64,000 bases of DNA. Origin: the human T2T-CHM13v2.0 reference genome, Homo sapiens. This document shows positions 47,262 through 63,844 of this stretch, piece after piece. The position numbers and the translations under genes are program-made. The stretch is taken from the NCBI RefSeq assembly GCF_009914755.1, contig NC_060937.1; one strand, written 5' to 3'. Under the pieces are notes generated by a model that had not been told where the DNA came from, did not search any database, and saw only the letters and a program-made list of their open reading frames with translations. Position 1 is the first letter of the stretch. Every line of letters begins with the position of its first letter.

Positions 47262-47779
47262 CTATGACTGTAAAAAGAATTATGGTGTCAGAAAGTATCC
47301 CCTCTGCCCCTGAAGATCCAGTGCTTTCCTGAGAGAGGCAGAGTAAATATACAAGAATAAAATTAATTTAACACAACTAACATGTATGTAAATATATGAA
47401 TAATTGTAGTTTTACAGAGCTACCTCTATATCTGCAGGAAAAGAGCTGCTGAGATGACTGAGGAAACAGGAACTAGAAACTGCTAGGTGAAAGTACTGGA
47501 ATGTTAGCTTAGGGGTCAGGGAGAATATGAGAAACACTCAGCTGGACACCTGTCATGACTGGATGACATAGCTGGATTTAGCAGGCCTGCATTTTCTCCA
47601 AGTTAAGACCATTGGAAGGTTAAACTGATTCAGTTTGGAAAAATGTTTTATTCTATTTTTTAAATTTAAAGAATGGGAGTGATGCCTAAAATTACAGAAT
47701 AGAGGAAAGAACCATTTACAAATTTAAAAATCAGTGTTTATAAAAACTACTATTTCTTGAAAAATTTTTGTCTTTGTAC

Positions 47780-48470
47780 AGTGCTTCCCATTTTGTAGTC
47801 ACTAACATCATTCTTATGACTATCTTGAGAAGTATCCATCACTATTTCAATTTATAAATCAATAATCAAATATGGAGGCCTACTTACATATGCTTGCTGT
47901 ATTAGTGAAGGTTCTCTAGAGAAAGAGAACCAACAGGAGATGTATACATGAAGATATTTATTGTAAGATACTGGCTTACATGGTTATGGAGGCTGAGAAG
48001 TCCTACTATCTTCCATTCACCAGCTGGAGACCAGGAAGGCTGGGGTTGTAGTTTGAAGGCCTGAGAGCCAGAGAGCCAAGGGTGTAGGTTTTAGCCCAGG
48101 TCTCAGGGCCTAAGAGCCAGGAGCACTGAGGGGAGGAGAAGATGGGTGTTCCGGCTCAAGTGGTCAGGCAGAGTTCATTCATTCAACCTTTCTCCTCCTT
48201 TCTGTTCTCTTCAGGCTCTCAGTGAATTGGATTGTGCCACTCACATTTGGCAGGGCCATCTACTTTACTAAAGTCACCAATTTATTATAAATACTAATCT
48301 CTTCCAGAAACACACTTACATACATACCCAGAAATAATCTTGAACCAGTCATATGGGTATCCCTTGGCCTAGTCAAGTGGGTACGTAAGATTAACCATCG
48401 CAGTCACCCAGCAAATAATGACAAAGACTGGAACCCAGGTCAGTTTGCTTACAAAGACCATTTCTTAAAC
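47780..48470 (-). mobile_element. MIR split by an LTR insertion
   Basis: Left piece ends cttgc (47897); right piece resumes gtcacccagc..gaacccaggtcagtttg. Confidence 0.55.
47898..48402 (-). mobile_element. Solo ERVL LTR (MLT2B/C-like)
   Basis: TG..CA ends; tgtattagt..ttctctagagaaa..atggaggctgagaagtcc..agtcaagt..attaaccatcgca. Confidence 0.88.
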
Positions 48471-48559
48471 ACTCAATTACATATTCATGGACTGGTTTAT
48501 GTTGGCTCCCTTGAATAAACTCCACTTTTATGCTGTTTTTTTTCTTTCTAAGCTCTACT

Positions 48560-49770
48560 GAAATTTGTCCATTCTGGATATTTCACATGAATTAATCGTC
48601 TAATATGTGGTATTTTGTGACTGACTTCTTTCACTTTACAACACTAAGAAAAATCTAAGGAAAGTATAGAAATGTCCCAATTAATAGAAAATATCAATAA
48701 AGATAAATTGTAATAATAAACAATCAAAGGCTAATTCTGGAGGTTTTCAAAGTTCAGCTGTGGAGTATCATGTATCAGTACCTTATTCCTTTCTATTGTC
48801 TAATAATGTGATATTGTAAAGCTATACCTCATCTTACTTATCCATCCATCAATTAATGTACATTTGCATTGTTTCCACTTATTGGCTAATACAAATGATG
48901 ACGCTATGAATATGTGTAGAAGCTTTTGTGTGGACACAAGTTTTTATTTTTCTTGGGTATATACTTAGGAGTGGAAGTACTTGTTAACAGGATAACTCCA
49001 TGTTTAACATTTTGATGAATTGCCAAATTGTTTCCACAGTGGCTTCACCACTTTTTATTCCCAGAAGGAATCAGTGAGGGTCCCAATTTATCTGCATCCT
49101 CCCCATTGACTGTCTTTTTGGTTGTAGCCAAATATTGCATGTGAAATTGTCACATAGTGCATGTGAAGTGGTATTTCATTGTGGTTTTGATTGCATTTCT
49201 ATAATGTGGTTTTGATTGCATTTCATTATGGTTTTGATTGTATTTCTATAATGGCTTATGATGTTGAACATCGTTTTATGAGCTTATTGACCATTTACAG
49301 ATCTTCTTGGAGAAATGTCTGTTCAAATCTATTGGTCATTTTTTGTAGGTATGTATCTTCTTGCACTTATCCTACTGGAATTTACTGAAGTTTTCGATGT
49401 ATAGATTAATATTCATTGAATTTGGGAAATCACAAGTCATTATTTCTGTGACTATTAATTCTGTTTCTTTCTGTCTTTCTTTGGTTCTTCCATTATACAT
49501 ATGTCGTGGTGCTTAATCATGGTCCACATTTCTTGGAGGCTCTGTTCTTCATTTTTCTTCTCTGTTCTTTAGATTATGTAATCTTTACCAATAGATCTTC
49601 AATTTTGATGATTCTTCTGCTGGCTCAAATTAGCTATGAAATCCTCTAGTACATTTTTTTATTTTGGTTATTCGTTTTTCACTTCCAGAATTGGCCTTTG
49701 GTTATTTAATTACAACTTCTTTTTATTGATATTTTCTATTAATTGAGAAATTTTTTGTGATACTTTCCTT
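48560..49770 (-). mobile_element. Mosaic of old L1M fragments
   Basis: attctggatatttcacat; cttgggtatatacttaggagtgga; ggagaaatgtctgttcaaatc; local triplication of tggttttgattgYatttc at 49181-49252. Confidence 0.75.
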
Positions 49771-49789
49771 TTTTTTATTTTGGAAAACC

Positions 49790-50154
49790 AGGTAGTATAA
49801 ATTTTTCTTCAACAATTTTTAAGTGTACAGTACAGTATTATTAATTATGTGTGTATTGTTACACAATAGATCTCCAGAACTTTTTTATCTCGCATGACTG
49901 AAACTTTATATCCATTGGAAAATCCCCATTTCCCTTTTTCCCAGCCTCCAGGAAACCAGCACATTCTACTTTCTATTTGTATGAGTTTGATTAGTTTAAA
50001 TGTTTCATATAAGTGGAATGAGACAGTACTAGTCCTTTTGTGTTTTGTGATTGGCTTTTTTTACTTACCATAATGTCCTCAAGGTTAATCTGTGTGGTAG
50101 TATATGGCAAGATTTCCTTCTTTTTTAAGGTTGCATGATATTCCATTGTGTATA

Positions 50155-50201
<47 letters not shown>

Positions 50202-50945
50202 ATATATATATATATATATATCTATCTCACCTTTTCTTTATTTATTTATTGATGGACATTTAAGTTGATCGCATATTTGGCTATTGTCAATAGCGCTGCA
50301 ATAAACATGGGAGTGCACTTATCCCTTCAAGAAGATCCTGTTTTCAATACTTTTGGATATATACTCAGAAGTAGAATTACTGGATTATAAGGTAGATTTA
50401 TTTATAATTTTTTGAGGAATCTTCATGTTGTTTTCCACAGCGGCCGTACCATCTTAAAATCCAGCAGTGTCCAGTTTCTCTACATCTTTGCTAATACTTC
50501 TTATTTACTTAATGTTTTTTATTGTAGTCCTCCTAACTGGAGTGAGGTGATATCTCATGAAAGTTTTGACTAGCATTTTTCTGATGATTAGTATAAGCTA
50601 ACCCCATTTCACATACTTGCTGACCATTGATGTGTCTTCTTTTTAGACATGTCTATTCAGTTTATTTGCCCATTTTTAAATTGGATTATTTGTTTTCCTG
50701 ATCATTAAGTGGTATGAGTCTCATATATTTTGCATATTAACCCCTTATTTGATATATAATTTGCAAATATTTTCTCCCATTCTTTAGATTGACTTTTCTT
50801 TGTGCTGTTGATTTTTCCCTCAGCTGTGCAGAAGCATTTTAGTTTGATATAGACCCATTTGTCTATTTTTGTTTGTGTTGCCTGTGTTTTGGTGTCTTTT
50901 TCAAAGAAACCATTGCCCAAAACAGTGTCGAAGCTTTTCTGCATT
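49790..50945 (-). mobile_element. L1MA/L1MB 3' fragment (ORF2 C-terminus plus 3'UTR)
   Basis: Translation KIDKWVYIKLKCFCTA..EWEKIFANYISNKGLI; 3'UTR motif tagatctccagaactt..gcatgactgaaactttat. Confidence 0.88.
50157..50227. repeat. Compound STR (TCTA)11(TA)10
   Basis: Read directly from the sequence. Confidence 0.95.
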
Positions 50946-51074
50946 CTAAGTAAAGCTTCTAACCTACACGTAAGGGCTGGATGATATCCCTTGTATACAC
51001 CCCACTGGAGTGGAGCTTCCATCATGGTGAGCAGGAGATTATGGAGCAAATGGGTCAAATACCACAAACTCTAG

Positions 51075-51502
<428 letters not shown>

Positions 51503-51929
51503 TGTGGGTTTATTTTTAAAGTGATTTTTGCCAGTTATGGTTGTTTCACTGGGAAAAGTGTTTATTGAGCTCTTCACGCTGCCCTTCCAGAAGTGTTTCT
51601 TCTGATTTTTGTTTGTTTTTAGCTAACTTTACCGGTTACTCCTTTAGCTTGATGTCAGTTGTAACTGCTACTGGGTCTTTTTCTTGGATTCCTGATTTCC
51701 TTGATCAGCTGATTTTCCATTTCAATCACAGGTACTTATTATTTTCCTTTATTATTCAGCGTTGCGTTTATCCACATTCTATTTCCTTGTGGTTTTACAG
51801 AGTCACATTTCAAATTCATATGGTAATTTTTTACTTTATATTTCATACAGTAAATGTTAGGGATTCTACCTAATGTAGTATGTAAGGAATCATAAGAAAT
51901 AACCCTTTGCAATAGTCAGCATAATATTG

Positions 51930-52330
51930 CATTAGCTTCAAAATATTTGTTAACCCTTGATTGTCAGATTCTCCATGGCTTCTTGTAGATCATTGATATG
52001 TAAGCTGAATATCATGGTTACAAAAGCATCCTTATGGTACACTCTAAACCGACACTGAACTATTAACTGGCATCTTTGGAAGTGGACACGTAGGTAAATG
52101 CACACTACATTTTCATAGCCCATGGAGACCATACCACAAATTCTCAACTAAGAAATCTGGTGGCCACCATGTTACAGAGGACAGAATACAAAGCCTTGTC
52201 AAAGTCCAGACTTTTTACTTTTTCCCATTTTGCTGGCACAATCTGCCACTCTGTCAGAGAAAAGAAAGTAGCAACTTACATCACTTGCTGTTTTTACAAA
52301 GTCATTTGAATGTTCCATGGTGGGGGAGCT
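51930..52330 (-). mobile_element. CR1/L3 reverse transcriptase relic
   Basis: Minus strand ctggactttgacaaggcttt (LDFDKA) and IFSLHINDLQEAMENLTIK resembling LFNIFINDL..IKFADD. Confidence 0.7.
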
Positions 52331-52760
52331 CTTGTAGTGCTTACAGACAAACAACCTCTGCAGCTATGTCCTTACATATATGTTCTAAAGGTTTGCTGCC
52401 TTGATTAGAGGCAAGAGAACTGCAGGAAGGTGATAGAACGCCTACTAACCCATGTCTATGGCTACAGTTATCCCCTATTTCTCTTTCTACGTGTGTCTAG
52501 AATATTGTAAGTATTCAAAATATTTGTGAAATGAATTTATAGACTCTTACATCAATTTTTAAAATACCTTGCTCTTACTTGTATTAAGATACCTACTAAA
52601 TTTACTTGTATCAATTTAGTCATGTGTCAGCATCATGTTTATGATTAAGGATTCCCTAAATTACATATACCAACCTTATAATTTTTCTTTTTAATTTTTA
52701 TCCTTTTTACCTTCTCTAGCTTAGAGATTCCATCGCTGTCTGGGACTTTTACAAATTTCC

Positions 52761-52761
<1 letters not shown>

Positions 52762-52795
<34 letters not shown>
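52762..52795. repeat. (CA)n microsatellite
   Basis: Read directly from the sequence. Confidence 0.92.
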
Positions 52796-53269
52796 CTCTA
52801 CTCTTCCCTTTTTTTTCATGATAATGGTGGGTATGTGTATTGTCTAGAAAGACCATCAGGAAGGTACCCCTCAGGGGTCTTCTCTTTTGCACCTCCAAAT
52901 GGTACATCCTTAGCTTTGATTTTGGAGGCCAGACCAGGACTGTGAAACAATGAACTTTAGCTTCATGAGGGGGTGAAGGATGAATAAGTATTCTGCAGAC
53001 AGTCAAAAAGTTCTTAGAAGGAATTGGAATTTGCATTTGTAGCAAAATTGCTAATGACCAGTTGACTTGTGCTGCTAGAGCATTGGCCAGAAATGTAAGT
53101 TTGGAACTCAGTTGTAAAAAGAATGCCATTTTTGGAGTTTTGTCTTTAACCTGTAAGATGGCAATAAGGAAAATCATTTTTGTAGACATGGGTAATCTTA
53201 TCTTGGCTGTATTTTATAGAGATAACACTAATATCAAAAAGAGGTAAATAGCAGATCAGAGGAAGAAAA

Positions 53270-54100
53270 AATTGAGGACAAGAAGATAAAATTAGGAGTT
53301 TGCTACTGTATTGACCCAGGACAAATAATATGGGTCCCAGAACTTAAGCAGTGCCAGGTGGAAATAGGTGCAAATTATCCAACTTAAAGTTCTACAGCAT
53401 CTGGAAGACTTAGATGTACCTTTTTGGGTTTCTGTGCAGACAGAAGCATTGAGGATGGCTCTGAGATTTCTAGTTTGGGTGACCAAGTTTGTGGTAACTT
53501 GGACACGAGCCTCTGGAATACGAGTAATTTTTGTGGGAAAGGCAATAAGTTCATTTGACATGGAGTTTGAGATGTCTGTATCACATCTCTGAAAATAAGT
53601 CTAATTGCAACTTAAAAATATGATATTTGGAGGTCAAGAGAGAGTTGGTGGCTGAAGAAATACATGGAGAGTCAGCATGGATCTCACAATTGAAGCCACA
53701 AGGATGGAAACTAAAAGAGTGTAGGATAAGAAGAGGAAAGAGGAGAGAGAACTTAAGAAAACCAAAATTTAATGGGCCACAGATGGAAGATGGATGAATA
53801 AAAGTAACTGGAAGGTGCAGACAGAGATACAGGAGGAGATGAAGGCGATATTATTTAGCTGGCCAGTGCAGAATTTCCAGAAAGAAGACCAAAACAGTGA
53901 GGGTCATTAAGACGCAAATAAATTCAACAATAAAGTAGGCGTGGGTGCCCTTTATGAAAATTGAGCAAAACAGGGAAGGCGAGTCAGATTGTTAGAGAGG
54001 TGAGGAGTAAAAGGAAGGAGAGGAAATGGAGACAGTGCAGAATTCTTGCAATAGATTTGATAATTTGCAAAGGCAGAAAAGGAAGTGGGGAAATAGTAAC
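53270..54100 (-). mobile_element. L2 relic
   Basis: gatttctagtttgggtgac..gacatggagtttgagatgtctg..tggagagtcagcat..ttgaagcca. Confidence 0.72.
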
Positions 54101-55599
54101 AGAATCTCCGTAAGAGCAAAACTGAGATGTGGTTACCAGCTGGAGATGCCTCTGCCTCTACCTCACATGCAAACATTCTCATCCCTGATTCTGAATTCCC
54201 TGTTGCTGCCCTCAAATGTTGATCACTCCCTAAAGTCAGTTTCTGCCTATGGGCCACTGTAAGTAGCTCAGAACTGAAAGAGGCTAGGTTGGCCCAACAT
54301 TGCAGGCTCTCCTGCTCCTGGAATTCCAAGTTTGAAATCTGAGTGTGTTTTCTGTTTCATCTTAGTTAGGTAATACGGTACTAAGTCAGACCACTCTCTC
54401 TGATCCAGTTACATTTATAATTAATTAGACATCTCAGGGTTCCATCATGAATAACACTGTCTTATGGAAAAATGTGTTTTGATTTACAAACAGATTTTTG
54501 GAATAGAATTATCTATGTCCTATGGATATCAGCATAATTTTCAATAAACTGTGTGCTCCTTGTAGAGGTTTTTATTTATCTGCTCTCCTAAATTTTGTAC
54601 TACTACCTTAGTTAATTCTTACCACTTTGTATTTAATCTTTAGTAGAGTTGAAGCTGGCCCAGTTAGGGAGGAAAGAGGTTAAAGTTTCAATTTATGATG
54701 TTTTGAATAACAAATGATGAGTGTCTCTGCATTGGGAATTGAAATCGTATTTACTATGGTCAGAGAAGAAAGGAAGCAGATGAAAGTCAGAATAGCCCGA
54801 AACCCTCATCACCATGGATTCATTCCAGGCCTGTTCTAGACATGTGCTTCATGCTCCATGAAAGTGTCCTGGCCTTGCAAAGTCTGCATGCTCAGGATCA
54901 CAGCATCTACCTCGCAACCCTTCATCTCTCCCCACCCTATGCTGCCCAAATTTCATGGAATAAGTGACAGTGGTGAAAGATAGCAATCTATCACTTGTTG
55001 TTCAGGAAAAAGGGCTAGAAACATCGGTCCTTCTTTATGCTTCCTCATTCCACAGGTGGACTTTAACTTTTTAAAGGAAAGAATAGAATGCATGCTAAAT
55101 TTTCCTGTTAGGAAAATTGGCATCTTACTACATATTTCTTGATTCACTGTGAAGGAGATAGATCCAGAATACCATTGTAAACCAAACTTCCAATTCTTTT
55201 CTTCAATACTTTTATATCTTGACATGACTCTTGAAAAAATCTGGCTGGAAATAAATTGACATTCATATGCTTTCAGGGAGAAAAACGCATAAATGGCAGT
55301 ATCTATTATTGCAACTGACTTTTCTGAGAGATTTGTCTGTGGAAAAATTAATATACTTTTGCTAAGGTACATAGTCAAAGGGTTTTGAATTCACATCTTT
55401 TGGTTGGAGTCCTGATAAGGTAACATGGGCAATTAGGGTGCACTTCTACCTAATTATCTGAATAATTCAAAAGGTCATGAACATTTTCATCTACAGATAG
55501 TCATTTCTTTGAATTGTTCAGTTATTAGTAGATGTTATCCTGAATGACAATTTATAAGACAAATAAATATTTAAATGATCTTAATGTAATATGAATGTA

Positions 55600-56971
<1,372 letters not shown>

Positions 56972-56974
56972 CAT

Positions 56975-57031
56975 TGTGTGTGTGTGTGTGTGTGTCTGTG
57001 TGTGTGTGTATCTATGTGTGTGTATGTATGT
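56975..57031. repeat. Imperfect (TG)n microsatellite
   Basis: Read directly from the sequence. Confidence 0.9.
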
Positions 57032-57264
57032 ACTAGATGATAGTGGCTGAATGTAGACAGATAATTTGAATAGAGTCAAATGAGATAATATTCCAAAAAA
57101 AGCTTTGCATACTCTAACACTAAATAAGTGCAAGGCATTATATTCTCATTATTATTTTTAATGACATTTCTCCTTGTATGCATACTGGATCTATTTCTGC
57201 CCTATTTCTATTTTCAGCCACTTTCTCTGCAATACGTAATGCAAAAAGAAAGTATTTTAAGACT

Positions 57265-57410
57265 CAGCCTGAAGGTGTGGTCTATGAACTATCAGTATTG
57301 TCAATACCCGGAAACTTGTTAGAAATGCAGAATCTCAGACCAGACTCCAGTTTGGATGTGCACATTTTAATGATATCTCCAGGTGATTCTTACATTTGAG
57401 AAGCATAGGT
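57265..57410. mobile_element. MER5-type MITE
   Basis: gaaacttgttagaaatgcagaatctcag..cattttaa..tccaggtgattc. Confidence 0.75.
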
Positions 57411-57689
57411 TGAAGAGGAGAGGCTACTATTCGTACCTAAGGCGACAGCACAGAGGGGCGGGGACATGTATTAGGATTGCAATTAGATTTACTTAATCAC
57501 CTGATCCCCCACTTTACTCTCTGAAAAACTTCTAGTTTAGAATCCACATACAATGTGTAAAGATATCTACTTCCTTACAGATGGATGGCAGCTGGCTCTT
57601 CACCAGATGCCCAAGTTGTCATTTTGTAAGCTCCTTATAAAAAGGAGTGAAAATCGGAGAAAGTTGGAACTTGTAATTTACACAAATGC

Positions 57690-58250
57690 ATGAGACATCA
57701 ATAATTCCTTTACTAATACATTCCACTGGCCTTCCAAATCCTTGTTCCTCCAGCTTCTTGGCTCTCTTCAAACTACCACTCCATTGACACACTTTCCTCG
57801 TCAGTGACTATCAAACCAAGTGAACACAAATTCCTCTGATTGGTTTTTATTGTCAGGCACTCTGGGACCCCAAATGACATTCTCTAGTTAATTTCTCCCC
57901 CTTTTTAAACACACATCCCATGCTACAGATCACTGCTCAAACTTCCTACTCTTTGCCTTAATGGAAGTTCTCATTCCCAAAGTCTTACTTTAGAGCTCAT
58001 CTCACCAGCTACTGTCTTTACACCGTGTCTTGATTTCCTATCACTGGATATTATGTCCTTTTCACTTGACTACACAGGCCTCTTAGTAACTCTCTTCTAA
58101 CACTTTCAGCCTGTATTATAGGTGTAAGTTTATGACCCTTAATATGCTGCCAAATCTAAGAGCTTTTTTCCTCCTCTTTGTAAACCTGGTTATACCTGGG
58201 ACATTTACCCACCCAGAGTGATTACTTAAAAGTAGATTTAGTGAATTAAA
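57690..58250 (+). mobile_element. L2 3' relic
   Basis: Pyrimidine-rich L2-like body ending gatttagtgaattaaatg. Confidence 0.45.
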
Positions 58251-58647
58251 TGGAACCAGGGTTCTCAGAAATGTACATTTGGCTCAAAGGCTCAAGTCAG
58301 GAAAGCTGAGGTTCTGGGAATGCTCAGGTCCGTTGCCTTCGGTGCCTAGATCTCCTCTTCACCCCTAACATTCCTATCCCTCCTATACACAGGTGGGGTG
58401 CTGCGATATCTTCTCCAGACACTGGCATACACACGTTAACAAGGGAGGAGCTGGCCCAGCTGAGATTTTTTTTTCTACCTATTTCTTTGAAAGCCAGTGA
58501 TGGGATGATTGCACATCTTCATTTCAGCATTTCATGCCACCTTTTACAACTCGACATTCAAAGTTTTTGTTCGGTCTTCATATTCAAACTATTCTCTCTT
58601 GAAAAAAAAAAAAAGACTCACCATCCAGAATATATTAAGGCATGTAA

Positions 58648-58936
<289 letters not shown>

Positions 58937-61409
58937 TGTAAGCATTTTTAATAAAACTATCTCAGTGATCTGTGAACACTGGTTGCAAAAATAAGGCTAC
59001 AGGAAAACTTGTATAAACTCTGTATTATCAAAGAAATGCATTGTGTGAGTTTCAGTTCACTTGGGTAAGAAATAGCAGTTCGTACCATCTGAATATTTCA
59101 ACTTAAGAACTTCTTAAACATGAATCAAACATTAAAATTAATACTAGAATGAACCCGTTTTTATGATTCTTTCTCTGGTTTTATGGTAGTTTTGTTTGTT
59201 CAGCGGCAGTATTTTTAGGTGTAATATATATATTTTTGCAGATATTAGAGCATTTACTTCATAGAACAGGTCCCTTTGCTTTCATGTTACCTACAAAAGC
59301 ATGTCTTGACTTGTTGGGTGACAAAAATCTTAATGAGTTTATGATTTGTTGGGCACATAAAATCCTTTGGATGTGAAGACATGAGTTAGAACATGTATGA
59401 CTTGAACCTTTTGAAATCCTCCTCCTCTGCTTTAGAAGGCAGTGTAATGCATTCATAATCAAGAGAATTTAGAAACATCTCCCTGAGCTTGCCTAGAATT
59501 GTATTTCAGAACAAGGTTCAGGTATTCATGTATTACTAGCACAAAGATGATTATTTGTCATAGCCATTGCTGCCTTAGAGAATGATAAAAGGAAGGAATT
59601 GTGTTTTCAAAAATATACAGTTTATTACTTTCCTCATTAAGGAAACATTGGCATATAACTAAAGTGAAGCGTTTTGTTTCTTTTTTTTTCTGAGCAAAGA
59701 CAACAGGTTTATGCATAGTAGCAACTGTTCCTTTTTAAAACTTTCAAATTTTACAACAAGTTTAACCCCTATCTCTTGTTGCAGCTGTGTCAGCACCTGG
59801 TTAGCTTATTTGAGGACTCTGTGATTGACTGTCTTCTTCTTGGTCATTAACTCCACTAACAAAATTTTACTCTGTATCCACATTCTTAAAGACCAGATAC
59901 GATTTGCAGAATTTTGGTTTAAACTGAGTTTATCCTAGAAAAATTAACAAATCCTGGAAGAACTCATCATTTTCTAATTCATACACTTACCCACCTGTCA
60001 AGGATGAATGCCATATCTTTCAGGTTTTAGTTCAATGGTTTATTCTGGAAATGGGTTTACTGACTCAAATTGCAGGGGGTTATGTTTGTTACCCTCTGTT
60101 TTATGAAAAGTTTTTATTGAATGTGAATTAGTCATTCTCCATTTATAATCCCTTTGAATGTTTGCTACCATTGTCACATAGAGGATCTTTTCTAACAGAA
60201 CAGCATCCATCTTTGGGAGCTTTTCTCAGTTGCTAGTCAGTGCATTTACTGAACAACTTTGTACGGCCATTGTATATACTTAGGGTAGGGACCTCATTTA
60301 CATGACTGTAATCATTTAGATGACTGTAATCTTGTTTTAATGTTGACAGATGTCATATATATAATGTATATTTATACATATGTATTGTAAATACAGATAT
60401 ACACATCTGTATTTATGTCTTTATATGTCTAATGCCTTCTTAAAATTATAAATACTTACTGAAACATTTAATCAGATCCCTTTGAAAGAAGATAGACTCT
60501 TACGTTAGAAAGAGTGACAACTGTAGTCAACAGTAGTTATATTTTTTACTTTTAGAACCTAAGAGAGAAAACTCAAAAAGGAACAAATGACGAAGATTAA
60601 TAGCATCAAAGCTATATTTATTCCTTTATGTAAAAAAATAACATATGCTTATTTGATCAAAAACCTTAAATGATGCCAAAATTTTGAGTAAAGAAAAAGT
60701 CACAAAAATCATTTATCCCAGCTACATGACAGTATTTGGTTATCAGTTGGTAAAATTCTAAGTTAATATCATTAGAATACATGAAATATAAAGGTTGAGT
60801 CCATGAATATGTAATTTCCCATTAACTTAATTAAAATAGTATGGTATCCAACCAACTTTCCCAAAATGATGTACACAAGCATAGGACTGTAATTCATGGA
60901 TCATTTGACATTTTAGAAGTTCTTTGTTATAACTTCTCTTTGTTTATATCTTGGATCCAGATGTTTGTGTAAAAAGCAAAAGCATTATATTCAGTATTTC
61001 ACCCAGTAGCTTCAAATGTTGACTACCTGATATCACTTAGGAACCATTATAAAACATTGTTTAGATTAGGTGGCCCTGCTGTCTGCAAAACTGACCTTAC
61101 ATTGGAGCTGGTTTCATTAAATGACTTTAAGTTTTAGTCAATAAATAATCTTGGTGCTAAGGAAACTATCTAAGGCCAGTCCTTAGATAAAGAGCTACAC
61201 AAACTAAGATGTCAACACTCTACTTTTTCTCTGCCACTACCTCCTCCCCACACCCATACCCTCATTCACTAAAAGTGGACTCAAGTTCTGTGCATCTATA
61301 ATAAACAACAACAAACAAACCAACACAGTCAAAACTGATTTTCTTTTGTTTATAAGCATTCTCTGGTTGGGTTTAGACACCAATGCATATAAAACAGTCC
61401 CCTAGTCAG

Positions 61410-61599
61410 TGGATGTGAAACTTACACATGTATCAGAATTGGGGGGCAAAGAGACTGGTGTTGAAACACAGGTTTCTGGAAACCCCCATCAGAACTTCTG
61501 ATTCAGTAGGTCTGGCTGGGAAATGGGAATCTGCATGTCTAACAAGATTCAGGTGATGTCAGTGCAGCTGATCCTTGGAGAATATTTTGAGAACCCCTG
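61410..61599. mobile_element. MER5A
   Basis: ttctgattcagtaggtctgg..gaatctgcatgtctaacaag..caggtgatg..tttgagaacccctg. Confidence 0.82.
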
Positions 61600-61758
61600 G
61601 GTTATGTACCTTTTTTTCCTGGGATCTACTTGGAAACACTTTTGTATAATGTTATGAAAACAGTAGTGCCCTCTGAAAGGAAGTTTATTCTTCTGCAATG
61701 CCCATAGAGGAATCACATAAATGCTGCTTAGCTATTGGGGTACTTCTTCACACCGGTC

Positions 61759-61872
61759 TAGGCTGCCACATAAGATACAGGACACACAGTTAAATTCGAC
61801 TTTCAGAGAAACAGCAACTAGTTTTTCAGTATAAGTATCCCATGGATAAACTTGCTAAATTTGGAAACCGTA
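61759..61872. mobile_element. MER53-like, internally deleted
   Basis: taggctgcca..atacaggac..cagttaaatt..gtataagtat..ttgctaaatttggaaaccgta. Confidence 0.7.
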
Positions 61873-62951
61873 CATTTAAATCATGTAAAGTTAATTCCTA
61901 CCCTATTTGTTTTGTCCTGAAGTGTAATCTCTTTAATGAAGCAAAGTGTCATTTTAATAAAAATATATAGACACATAAGTACAGTCTATGGCTAAAGTTC
62001 CCAAGATTTCTGTACAGGTACATCAAATTTGTTGTAGTTTAAAAATTTATATAATTATACTGCAAGTTTGAAAAGGTCACTTTTATTTAATTATAAGGTG
62101 TAATTTGATTCCTTAAATGTTTAAAAAAATGATTCCCCCTTAATTAAGGTGAGTGCTACAGTGTTCAATCAGCAACTGATTTACCTTTGTTTAAAGAGGC
62201 TTAGAAGACAATGTAGCTTTGTGCAATGAGAAAAATAATGGCCACTGTGGAGAACTGGAGGTGCATATGGTTGGTGATCACAAGTCACTGTGGGACTTGG
62301 AGAGAGCTGATTGCCTCCATTTTCTAACTCGGAAAGAGGATTGCACTGGCACAAGGCTGCACATTTGGTAAATATTAGACTTCAGAAACTCAACGTCAAA
62401 TTGGAGCTCCTTGATCACAGTTGAGCTGATGGGCGACAATCCGTATTACAAAGGTGTTGCCCATGTGGATTTCAAAGGATGACTGACTGGCCCTGTTTCG
62501 TGTTGATGTATATAACTCCTAGAAATGTTGGTTGGAGTTTCGGGAGTTAACCAGCATCAGGTCTATGAATTCTTAAATGAATCAAAATTCTACTACAAAG
62601 CTCGTGTTTTCATCTTCCCTCTCATGCAAAAGGAACCTTTCTAGGAGATGGCAGACTACTTTGGCACACATCCATGTGCTTGTTATTCATCAGAACGATG
62701 ATGAGTTATTATTAGAAAGTCAAATGGCAGCTATCATCAATGAGATTTCATTAATATATATTTTAGATTTATTTAATATATAATTAAGTGATAAATGATT
62801 CCCTTTAATTGTCTAACAATAGGACTCCTTTGATTGCCTCACACGGCAAAGATGAGATTTCCCTTGTATTTCCATCTTTCCGGGTACAGAGTCCACAATT
62901 TGTAATGTTATTTTTGGGACAAGTGCTAGGAATTAAGCCCCGTATCTACTA

Positions 62952-63300
<349 letters not shown>

Positions 63301-63844
63301 CTATAGTTGGGAAGGTTGTTCTATGTTTTTTCTTCAGAGTGAGAACTCGTGTGGCCCCAGGTTAGGAAATGCTTTCTGTAAGGGGCTGTGGAAACTGAAA
63401 GAAAAATGATGGTGACTTCAGTACCTTGGTACTTATACACGAGAAAAAGCTTTTAGGAGACTATTCTTAAAAAAAAAAAAAAAAGGTGCCAGCTTTCCAA
63501 GATTTCTCAGTAATCATACTCTAGCCTACAATTTACAAGAAAAAACTGCCTCCAGCTTTTTTTGGATGCAAAGCAACTGGAGTGCTGTTTTGGAACATCC
63601 CTGTTGAGGGAACTTGGCCACTAGAATTGCTGGAAATGAGACAGCGTTTGTCAAGCTGCTCAAGTCACACCTCAGCTAAACAAGTGTCCCTGTGTCTTTC
63701 AAACATTTTTCAAAAAAAAAAAAACCATTTATTTCTCTTGGTAAAGAAAAGCTTTTATTGCTGAGCCACTCAATAAAGAAGGGTTTCAAGGAAAAGGAAA
63801 ACTCCTGACATTTAAGAAGCCAATTTCTTCTCCCCTCTCCCCCT

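Noticed and set aside
52749-55378. ORFs of 146, 125 and 141 aa on the minus strand
   Set aside because: No domain similarity; they overlap a microsatellite, L2 or generic AT-rich DNA.
60388-60415. 11-bp hairpin taaatacagat/atctgtattta
   Set aside because: Lies in TA-rich low-complexity sequence and is too short for a pre-miRNA.
62018-62154. Perfect donor AAG|gtgagt at 62148/62149
   Set aside because: The upstream acceptor is weak and the putative exon is very AT-rich; isolated consensus donors are common in 64 kb.
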